Source: Myxococcota bacterium (GTDB taxonomy: Bacteria; Myxococcota_A; SURF-8). From it: 64,000 bases of DNA. The stretch spans positions 1,664,001 to 1,728,000 of the forward strand of contig CAXXQS010000001.1 of NCBI GenBank assembly GCA_963674735.2. The letters run 5' to 3'. Positions 1-8,118 of this stretch are shown in pieces (within the stretch, counting starts at the first letter, position 1; every line of letters starts with the position of its first letter). The position numbers and the translations under genes were made by a program. The notes under the pieces were generated by a model, which saw only the letters and a program-made list of their open reading frames with translations, was not told where the DNA came from and searched no databases.

Positions 1-1163
1 CTGGCATAGAGGAACTGCAGATTGCAACCCGAGCAGAAGTATTCCAAGTCCGTTTCCTTCGCCACGTTCCCATCCATCCAATGATGCAGCAGACGTCCAT
101 CGACATAGAGGTAATCATGGATGAAGGCCGCCACCTGCACAAACTCGTCCCGATACGTATCGTCGTTGGTCACCTCCCACAACATCGCTTGCGCCAGCAG
201 CAGGTAATTCTGGCTCGACAAGGTTATGTAGTCATCCGTCTGCGCACCCATCACCACCGCGCTGTAAGGACTGCGATAGCCGCCTTTGGTTTCGTCCTTG
301 AGCGGCTGAATGGCCGCGTAACAATCCAACAGGCGCTGCCGATAAGCGGCTTGCTCCGTAAGCTTGTAGGCCAGTGAATTCGATAACATCATAATGAGGT
401 GTGGATATAGATAGAGCTTTTCTTTATCCGGGTGCAAGCGATAGTAGCTGTCGCTCCAGGCCGCAGCATCGATGGCCTCGATGATTTCAAGACCGAAAGC
501 CGTCCGCTCGTCTTCCCGTTCCGTATCGAGCAGATCGGCGTAGCGCAGATTCAATAGGGCCACGACGCCCGTAATGGCGGTGGGACCGTAAACCGTAAGC
601 GCCCAGGAATTGATCGAAAGATCCAGATACATCCCCATCGCTTCCAACTGGTCGTTTGTGATGTCGATCAGATCGTCCAGATCCTCGATATTGGTCAGAT
701 CGCCGCGTTCGGCCATATCCTCGATCAATCCCAATGCCGCCATCAGAACTTCTTCCAGGTTTTCCATGAAATAGACGAAATTGACATTGGCCTCCTGGAT
801 CACCTCCAAATTCCGTTGCCCCGCGACAATCGCCCGATCTAAATAATCCTGTCGTCCGTAACTACCGGCCGCACGGGTATAAAACGCCTGTCCGTAAAAC
901 GACGCGTCCCCCAGATCGTCCTCCCAATCTCCGGCCGTAATGGGAAAGCCGAACGCGACCTCCTGCAATTCCTCATAGAATTCGGCATACGGCAACGGAC
1001 TGTTCGCTTCATTGTCTTCCGATTCGGCGCGATCCGTATCGCCATCGGTAGAGGGTGGATCGTCCGAATCCCCATCCGTTTGTTGGCTGGAATCGCCACA
1101 ACTTGAAAGGCAGAGTAAACCGAAGGTCAGCCCGATGATGGCCAGCAGGTGGCGCGTCGTCAT
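1..1163 (-). CDS. Lipoprotein with DGD-repeat linker and helical (possibly alpha/alpha-toroid) domain; partial, runs off the window
   Basis: Absent from the ORF track because it is open at the left edge. Manual translation from ATG 1163 (RBS GAGGGGAGGG): MTTRHLLAIIGLTFGLLCLSSC-GDSSQQTDGDSDDPPSTDGDTD..., staying open to ...HHWMDG..EYFCSGCNLQFLYA at the edge. Confidence 0.75.
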   Translation of the reverse strand, partial: MTTRHLLAIIGLTFGLLCLSSCGDSSQQTDGDSDDPPSTDGDTDRAESEDNEANSPLPYAEFYEELQEVAFGFPITAGDWEDDLGDASFYGQAFYTRAAGSYGRQDYLDRAIVAGQRNLEVIQEANVNFVYFMENLEEVLMAALGLIEDMAERGDLTNIEDLDDLIDITNDQLEAMGMYLDLSINSWALTVYGPTAITGVVALLNLRYADLLDTEREDERTAFGLEIIEAIDAAAWSDSYYRLHPDKEKLYLYPHLIMMLSNSLAYKLTEQAAYRQRLLDCYAAIQPLKDETKGGYRSPYSAVVMGAQTDDYITLSSQNYLLLAQAMLWEVTNDDTYRDEFVQVAAFIHDYLYVDGRLLHHWMDGNVAKETDLEYFCSGCNLQFLYA

Positions 1164-1391
1164 GGTCCCTCCCCTCTTCCACGTTGAGACAACGTGGAGT
1201 CGCTTAAGGTTCACTGCGTCTTGATGCGGTCGTGCGTGTGTGCATAAAACCCTAACGTACTTCGCCGGTTTTGTCACTTATTTAGTTGTATTTTAATAGA
1301 CAAGGCCAGGAGGCAAGAAACAAACGGATTCCGAAACGCGAAAAAAGCGGTGGGTTCAGGACTGTTTCGGAATGTTTAGCCTGCTGGAGAC

Positions 1392-3119
1392 TTACTCGGG
1401 GGCGCGCATAACACCGAAGCTGTCGACCACACCATCGTCCGCATAGACTTTGATATAGTTTTTGTATTCCGCCAACTCCGGGTCAAACGTCAACTCGACG
1501 GTGAATCGCCCGTTTTCCACCGGGACGGTTACGCCGATGATCGTCTTGTCGTTCGCAATTTCCCAGTTGGCTTGAATCGTTTCGAGTTGCGCCGCCAAGG
1601 AGCCGTTGGGATCGATGGCCGTGACCTCGTGAACGTACTTATCTTGCGGCACTTCCAGGGTTACGAGCGCTTCCCCCGTGACGATTCCCGGCGTTTTGCC
1701 GCTCACTTCCAGGTGGCCGGAATCGACCGTGCCCGCGATCGCTTCGTCATCGAAAACGATCCGGCTGTAAGGGTATTTCATCGCGGCGGCGGGATCGCCC
1801 AAGAGGTTGTACAAATTGAGGTGTTCGTAGAGAATCGGTTCGAGGTCTTCTTCCGGGACATCCGACATCACCGAAACACTCACCATCAACTCGCGCAGGC
1901 TATCTTCGGTATTCTCGAAGGCTTGTCGTCTGGCAATCAACAGCGCTTCACCGACCGTTGCCGGTTGCAGATTCAGGGCCGCGCGTTGCAATTCATAGGG
2001 TAAAACCGCATTGGCATACGGATGCGAAACATCGGAAGACGCGAAAGTGGTGATGGGGCCGTCCGGGAAGAGCGTCAGCGCTTCCGCCAGATTTTCCGGA
2101 TGATCTCCCCGAAAGTCACCGGAGGAACAGCAGAAAAGAAAGGCGTGCGGGCGTCGATGTTGACAATCAACCAGATTCAGCTCGTCGATGCCGAAGGCCG
2201 ACGAGCCCGAGCGCGAGCCATGCCCGATATAGATGTTCATGATGCTGCCGCCGCTATAGAGGTCCACCACGATATCCTCGAAGGGATAGTAATAATAGGG
2301 GCTGCTTTTCACCTGATAGGCCCCACGCACGCTGAAGGCCTGATCCAAGCTGTCGATGGCTTTGAACAACAGCATTTCCATCGCGGAATCGATGGTGTCT
2401 CCGAAACCGGCCTCCCCGGCATACAAGGTAATTTGACGATTCCACAGCCCGACCTCGTATGAATGTTCGTGGTCTTCCAGTTTGGTCAGATAGTCCTGCA
2501 CCTGCTGCGCCGTACGCGCCGGAATGCGCCCCACCGCCACTTCCGGAATCCCATCCGCATCCAGGTCGCCATATGCGTTGTCGGTATAGCAACCTCCCAG
2601 GCTGTTGGTGCAATTCTGCGTCGGGATCCGGCCAGTGCGACTCTCATCGCCTTCCGGGTCGTCGCCGATCAACAACAGAAACAACGGTTCATCGTCCAGT
2701 TCCTCTTTCAACGGACGGAGCCGGTTCGTCACTTCCACAATCAAATTCTCAACGCTGCTCCCAAGCGGCACCAGATCGGAAACCGTAAAGAATGCCGTAC
2801 TGAAACCCAATTCTTCGCGATAAGCGGCAAACGCCTGTCCACTTTCGGCCAGATCATCCTGCGCCAGGACGACATAATTCACCGGTACAGGCGGCAACTC
2901 CGCTTCCGTATCGGCTTCTTCATCACCGTCGCTTGTGTCGGTATCGCCGTCGTTTGGCTGGTCGCCGTCGCTGACATCGCCGTCAACAGCATCGCCGTCT
3001 TCGCGATCGCCATCGCTATCCAGATCGGTTTCGGTATCGGAACAGCCCATCAACCCCACAAGCAGGAGAACGAGCGAAACAAGCCATAAAGATTTGCAGG
3101 AAACGCTGACGATACGCAT
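1392..3119 (-). CDS. Peptidase C25 (gingipain-like) lipoprotein with DGD-repeat linker
   Basis: Lipobox LMGC; motifs LLIGD, D-x-YGDLDADGIPEVAVGRIP, GHGS (His) and FCCSSG (Cys); GGAGG RBS before ATG 3119. Confidence 0.85.
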   Translation of the reverse strand: MRIVSVSCKSLWLVSLVLLLVGLMGCSDTETDLDSDGDREDGDAVDGDVSDGDQPNDGDTDTSDGDEEADTEAELPPVPVNYVVLAQDDLAESGQAFAAYREELGFSTAFFTVSDLVPLGSSVENLIVEVTNRLRPLKEELDDEPLFLLLIGDDPEGDESRTGRIPTQNCTNSLGGCYTDNAYGDLDADGIPEVAVGRIPARTAQQVQDYLTKLEDHEHSYEVGLWNRQITLYAGEAGFGDTIDSAMEMLLFKAIDSLDQAFSVRGAYQVKSSPYYYYPFEDIVVDLYSGGSIMNIYIGHGSRSGSSAFGIDELNLVDCQHRRPHAFLFCCSSGDFRGDHPENLAEALTLFPDGPITTFASSDVSHPYANAVLPYELQRAALNLQPATVGEALLIARRQAFENTEDSLRELMVSVSVMSDVPEEDLEPILYEHLNLYNLLGDPAAAMKYPYSRIVFDDEAIAGTVDSGHLEVSGKTPGIVTGEALVTLEVPQDKYVHEVTAIDPNGSLAAQLETIQANWEIANDKTIIGVTVPVENGRFTVELTFDPELAEYKNYIKVYADDGVVDSFGVMRAPE

Positions 3120-3310
3120 AGTCGATTCCTCCGCAGGATGTGAAGCCAAGCTCGACAGGTCCGAGATATTAGAGTGTAAGCTCTTTGTTTTCCAGCTTTT
3201 TTCGTAATTTCCGATGAATTTTACAACGATATTAATTTGCGTCAGATCTCAAGTCTGCGTAAAGTATCGGGAATTAAGTTTATCACCCAACATTTTATTA
3301 CCATCGGGCA

Positions 3311-4651
3311 ATGGGGTCGATTATGGCAGGTGCGACGCAGCGAGCACAATGGACATCTAAACTGGGTTTCATTTTGGCCGCGGCCGGATCGGCGATCGGC
3401 TTGGGCAATATCTGGCGTTTCCCCTACGTCACGCAGGAAAACGGCGGCGGAATCTTCGTGGTTCTCTACATACTCGCCATCGTCTTCATCGGGCTGCCGG
3501 TCATGTTGGCCGAATTGAGCATCGGCCGCCACACCCAGGCCAACCCCGTGGGTGCGTTTCGAAAAATCGCGCCGAAATGGCAAGCCATCGGCATTTTGGG
3601 GGTCATCACCGGGCTCGGCATCTTTTCCTATTATGCCGTCGTTGCGGGCTGGACACTCGGCTACGTGATCAAATCGGCCGGAAACGACCTCGACCCCAGC
3701 GGATTCGGCCCCTTCATCGGCGATGCTCAACAACAGATTCTTTACTGCCTGGCTTTTATCGTACTCACCTGCACGATTGTCGGACGGGGCGTACAAAAAG
3801 GGATCGAACGCATGGCCAAAGTGCTGATGCCCGTCCTGCTGATCCTCATGCTGGCCCTGATTGCCCGAGGGCTGACCTTGCCCACCGCCATGGAAGGGCT
3901 GTCGTTCTATCTGACGCCCGATATCGACCGACTGAGCCCGCAGACCTTTCTACTGGCCATCGGACAGGCCTTCTTCTCGATTTCGGTGGGGATGGGCGTG
4001 ATGATTACCTACGGAGGCTATCTCAGTAAAAAAGACAACCTGCTGACTTCGGCCGTCGCCGTCGTAAGCTTCGATACGCTGATCGCTCTGCTCGCCGGTT
4101 TCATGATTTTCCCGGTTATCGGGCATAGCCTCGAAAAGGGCGGTGCAACGCTCGTTTTCGTCACCATGATCGAGCAGTTCAACCAAATGCCGGGCGGACA
4201 ATACGTAGCCTTGGGCTTCTTCCTACTGCTGCTGGTCGCCGCGCTGACCTCCACCGTCTCGCTGGCCGAAGTGGTGACCGCCTTTCTGACCGACGAATGG
4301 CGCTGGAGCCGGGTCAAGGCGGTCTGCGTCATCGGCGTGCTGACCATCCTGCTCGGCATCCCTTCCGCCCTGTCGCTGGGCGCATCTCCGGCATTGAGCG
4401 ACATCGTGGCCGGGAAGGGGTTCCTCGACATCATGGACTTCGCCTTCGGCAATGTCTTCCTCGGCCTCGGCGCTTTGCTGACCTGCATCTTTTTGATTTA
4501 TCGTTGGGGTATCGGCAACGCGGCCCGGGAAATCGTCGAAACCGCCCCCGAATTCGCCCGCTTCGTTGGCCTGTGGCGCATTCTCGTGGGCGGAATCGTG
4601 CCGCTTTCCATCGTTATTTTGATCGTTTACACGGTCGCAACCAGCTTTTAA
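3311..4651 (+). CDS. Sodium-dependent transporter, NSS/SLC6 family
   Basis: GSAIGLGNIWRFPY..ENGGG signature, KGIER, QAFFS; many TM helices. Start may be 3323. Confidence 0.93.
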   Translation: MGSIMAGATQRAQWTSKLGFILAAAGSAIGLGNIWRFPYVTQENGGGIFVVLYILAIVFIGLPVMLAELSIGRHTQANPVGAFRKIAPKWQAIGILGVITGLGIFSYYAVVAGWTLGYVIKSAGNDLDPSGFGPFIGDAQQQILYCLAFIVLTCTIVGRGVQKGIERMAKVLMPVLLILMLALIARGLTLPTAMEGLSFYLTPDIDRLSPQTFLLAIGQAFFSISVGMGVMITYGGYLSKKDNLLTSAVAVVSFDTLIALLAGFMIFPVIGHSLEKGGATLVFVTMIEQFNQMPGGQYVALGFFLLLLVAALTSTVSLAEVVTAFLTDEWRWSRVKAVCVIGVLTILLGIPSALSLGASPALSDIVAGKGFLDIMDFAFGNVFLGLGALLTCIFLIYRWGIGNAAREIVETAPEFARFVGLWRILVGGIVPLSIVILIVYTVATSF

Positions 4652-4675
4652 AACGCGCCCCGAATCCGCACTCAC

Positions 4676-5794
4676 TTAAAATCGGGTTCCCTTGTGGAAG
4701 CCGTTCCACATTTTCACCATTTTGTCCACCGGCAGCGCCGGAGCCAGGTGGTTATTGACGCCCGTCATATCATGGGCCGTGCACAGTGCGTTCAAAATTG
4801 CCTCTTCCGTGGCTTCGATGGCGGCCTCGTAAAGCGGATTGATGTGTTGATCGTTGAGAATCGTCAATTGGTGCGTGCGTTTGCGGCTTTTATTGGGGAT
4901 CGTGTTCGCGGTCGAAAGCCCGATAATGATCTCACCCGAACCATGCGCCGCATGACTGCCCACGCGTCCGATTCCCAACGCCACCCGCTTGCATAAACGA
5001 TTGATTTGCAACGATAAAAGCGGGGCATCGGTCGCCAGCACCGCGATAATGCTGCCGTAGCTTTGCTTGCGCTTGGAATAACTCTCGAATTCCGAAGCCA
5101 AATAACGACCGATGGGCAGGCCGTCCACCCGTAGATCGCGCATCCGACCGAAGTTACTCATCACCAACACGCCGATCGTGTACGCGCCGTGCCGCGACGG
5201 CAACCGACGAGACGAGGTCCCGATTCCACCGGAGAAATCGCAGGTCATCATGCCGGTTCCGCCCCCGACGTTGCCCTCCTCCACCGGTCCCGAACGGGCC
5301 ATTTTCAACGCTTCGTAGACATGTTCAGCCTTGACGTGGCGACCGGCGATATCGTTCAACCAGGAATCGTCGCATTCGCCAACGACCGGCAACAGAACGT
5401 CCTGCTCCACACCGATCCCCGGATAGCGTTCCACCATGTATTTCACGAGACCCTGGGAACAGGAACCGACACTAAGCGTGTTCGTCAGCAGAATCGGCGT
5501 TTCCATCAACCCCCATTCCATCACCTGCGTGCGGCCGGTCATCTCGCCCGCGCCGTTGAGCACGAAACCGCCACTGACCACACGCTCGCTGAACACGTCA
5601 CCGTTGGACGGATGGATCGCCGTCACCCCGGTACGGATCGGACCTTTGCCGCGCCGAAGTTTGCCCTGCCCTTCGATAATCGTCGAATGCCCGACCAGAA
5701 CGCCTTTGACATCGGTGATGGCATTGTAACGTCCGGGCTCGAATCGCCCGATAGCGATCCCCAAATCCCGCAGTCTCACTCTTTCTTCAGTCAT
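4676..5794 (-). CDS. dmpA: P1/S58 family aminopeptidase (DmpA-like)
   Basis: NAITDVxGVxVGH, RTGVT, NGAGEMTG, ECDD, EEGNVGGGTGM, G|SII autocleavage site, GSGE. Confidence 0.9.
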   Translation of the reverse strand: MTEERVRLRDLGIAIGRFEPGRYNAITDVKGVLVGHSTIIEGQGKLRRGKGPIRTGVTAIHPSNGDVFSERVVSGGFVLNGAGEMTGRTQVMEWGLMETPILLTNTLSVGSCSQGLVKYMVERYPGIGVEQDVLLPVVGECDDSWLNDIAGRHVKAEHVYEALKMARSGPVEEGNVGGGTGMMTCDFSGGIGTSSRRLPSRHGAYTIGVLVMSNFGRMRDLRVDGLPIGRYLASEFESYSKRKQSYGSIIAVLATDAPLLSLQINRLCKRVALGIGRVGSHAAHGSGEIIIGLSTANTIPNKSRKRTHQLTILNDQHINPLYEAAIEATEEAILNALCTAHDMTGVNNHLAPALPVDKMVKMWNGFHKGTRF

Positions 5795-5796
5795 GG

Positions 5797-7848
5797 TTAG
5801 TTCTGGGCTTTCTTCAACGTATGTTGTTGTTTTCGTTTAGCTTTAAGACGTTTGATCGCCGGTGCCATCACGGAACCGATCAAGGTTCGGTAGTCCATCC
5901 CCGCCGATTCGGCAATCAAACAGAGATCCGACCAACCGGGCGTCAAGCCGGGCAAGGGATTGCACTCGATGAAATGCACTTTGCCCTTCGCGTCCAGGCG
6001 CAAGTCGATCCGCGCGACATCCGAGCAACCCAAAACCATGTAGGCCGACCGGGCTACTTGTTCGAGACTCTTGCGCAGTTTGTCATCCACCTTGGCCGGG
6101 GTGTCGTAACGGACTTCATTCGCTTGATCGAGCTTGTGCCCGAAGGTATATACGGGGCGTTTCATATCGGGATTGATGAAGACAATTTCCATCGGCGGCA
6201 AGACCTTGGGCCGGGTTTCACCGAGCAATCCCAGCGTAAACTCGCGACCGGGAAGGTATTCCTCCACCAAAACCGGCTGCCGGTATTTTTCGATCAATTG
6301 CGCGGCCAGTGCGCGCAGATCCTCTTCGTTCTCCACGACACTGATTCCCATCACACCTTTCGAACTACCCTCGGCGTTGGGCTTCAGAATGACGGGAAAG
6401 CGCATCCGCTTGGGAATCCGTTCACTGCCTTTTCGCATCAGGACAAATGCCGGAGTCGGAATACCGGCCTGGCGCACCACCCGCTTGGCAAGCGATTTAT
6501 CGAGGGCGATGGACAAGGTCGCCGGGTCGGACCCGGTGTATTCGATATCCAGCAAATCCAAGATGGCCGGGACCTGCGCCTCGCGACTGCGTCCCCTTAT
6601 GCCTTCCGCGATATTGAAAACAAGATCGAGAGGCGTGGAAGACAAAATCGACGGCAATTCCGGAGTCGCTTCCAAATAGATCACCTCGTGCCCATAGGAC
6701 TCGATGGCTTCTCCGATCGCCTTGATCGTTTTGGGCGAGTCATACTCGGCATCCTGGTCGTCATCCTCTTCATGTTTGGGGACGATACGTTTTTCGTTGT
6801 AGGTAACGCCCACGACCAAGCGGTCTTTGGGAATCCGGTACTTGCGCTTGTCCAAAGATAAATCGTAGCGCGCTGCCGCACTTTTGATGATGGTTTTCAG
6901 AACCGCATCGATTCCTTCAAGCCCCGCCTTCTCAGCCGCAACATAGATGCCCGCTCCCGGTTCCAGGCTGGGCAAGGCGTTGAGCTCGATAAAATAGATG
7001 CGCCCATCTTTCCCGATGCGATAGTCGATGCGCCCTAGATCGCGGATCCCCAGCACCTTGAAAATGATTTCGGAGTAACGCTTCATCTCGCGTTGCTGAG
7101 CCGAGGTGAGATCGGCCGGCGATTTCAGCGACACACAATCGTAATCGACGTGTTTCAGTTGATAATCGTAAATGTTGTAGCGCCGTTGCGTATCCTCCGG
7201 CAAGTCGAAAACGTATTCCGCGGACGGCAGGATGCCATTTTTCAGCCCTGGCGCTTTTTCCAGAAACGGCACGACCACGTCGCGTCCTTCGATGTATTCC
7301 TCGATCAACAGACCGCTCGGATAGCGTCCGAGTAATTCGGGAATGACTTCGACCAGCCGCTCGGGCGTCTCGACAACCGAATCCTGTGTGATTCCCTTCG
7401 AGCTGCCCTCGAAATTGGGTTTGATAATCACCGGATAGTTCAATTCCGGATCGCTCCAGGATGAGAAATCCTGAACGAAAACACTCCTCGGAACCGGAAT
7501 CCCGTGAGCCGCCAGGGTTTGTTTGGTCTGCATTTTATCGAGCGTAAGCGTACAGACATACGCATCGGAGCCGGTATACGGCAAGCTGAGCTGCTCGAAT
7601 AGGGCCGGATAAAACGCTTCGCGGTAACGCCCGTGGCGACCTTCCGCCGTATTGAACACCAGATGCGGATTCAACGCTTCCAAGCGCGCCACCAACTGCG
7701 AGGCCGGGCCGGAAACCTCGATCAACTCAACCGAATGTCCCAGCTTTTCAATCGACTGGGCAATGGCCAAAACAGTATCCGGCCGATCGAACTCGGCTTC
7801 CTCTTCACGGTCGGACAACTGGAGGTTGTGCGTAAAGGCGATTTTCAT
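5797..7848 (-). CDS. Fused tandem D-Ala-D-Ala-ligase-like ATP-grasp protein (two domains)
   Basis: Two copies of FNxAEG..RE..P..YTGSD..DK..K, KPNxEGSSKG, EEY..GR, RID.R and FIE.N.LP. Confidence 0.88.
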   Translation of the reverse strand: MKIAFTHNLQLSDREEEAEFDRPDTVLAIAQSIEKLGHSVELIEVSGPASQLVARLEALNPHLVFNTAEGRHGRYREAFYPALFEQLSLPYTGSDAYVCTLTLDKMQTKQTLAAHGIPVPRSVFVQDFSSWSDPELNYPVIIKPNFEGSSKGITQDSVVETPERLVEVIPELLGRYPSGLLIEEYIEGRDVVVPFLEKAPGLKNGILPSAEYVFDLPEDTQRRYNIYDYQLKHVDYDCVSLKSPADLTSAQQREMKRYSEIIFKVLGIRDLGRIDYRIGKDGRIYFIELNALPSLEPGAGIYVAAEKAGLEGIDAVLKTIIKSAAARYDLSLDKRKYRIPKDRLVVGVTYNEKRIVPKHEEDDDQDAEYDSPKTIKAIGEAIESYGHEVIYLEATPELPSILSSTPLDLVFNIAEGIRGRSREAQVPAILDLLDIEYTGSDPATLSIALDKSLAKRVVRQAGIPTPAFVLMRKGSERIPKRMRFPVILKPNAEGSSKGVMGISVVENEEDLRALAAQLIEKYRQPVLVEEYLPGREFTLGLLGETRPKVLPPMEIVFINPDMKRPVYTFGHKLDQANEVRYDTPAKVDDKLRKSLEQVARSAYMVLGCSDVARIDLRLDAKGKVHFIECNPLPGLTPGWSDLCLIAESAGMDYRTLIGSVMAPAIKRLKAKRKQQHTLKKAQN

Positions 7849-8118
7849 TTTTTTGCTTTTTTTTTCGGTGCACGGTTTTTAGGTTTGGGAAACCATTTGC
7901 AGAGTTACCACTTTTCTAAAATAATTCCATTATTTTTTTCTCATACCTTCTTTTTTATCCGCCATCGATCAACGGCGTTCTTTCTCCCCGACGCAAAAGA
8001 GAGATATCCACATGATATTTCTATGGATTCCTGTTTCATCGAAATTGCGAAGCCGAAGCGAATATTTGGCCTCACGGCCTTGTAAAGCAATACCCGCAGA
8101 AATACAACCGAACCGGCT

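Noticed and set aside
81-1224. Short ORFs 81-377, 839-1099 and 1012-1224
   Set aside because: Explained by the real minus-strand lipoprotein gene 1163->1, which the track missed.
2920-3020. TCGCCGTC/TCGCCATC nucleotide repeats as a CRISPR or DNA repeat array
   Set aside because: They are the codons of the DGD peptide repeats; there is no constant-length repeat-spacer structure and no cas gene.
5821-6861. 346-aa ORF antisense to the double ligase (likewise 11040-11882, 56674-57537 and other antisense ORFs)
   Set aside because: They overlap well-supported genes on the opposite strand and show no protein-family motifs.
5797-7848. Canonical ddl call
   Set aside because: It lacks the Ddl N-terminal substrate motifs, is duplicated, and is not in a mur/dcw context.
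7849-7960. T-rich tract upstream of the ligase as a phase-variable or leader-peptide element
   Set aside because: Non-coding AT-rich promoter/UTR; the homopolymers are short and there is no convincing leader ORF.
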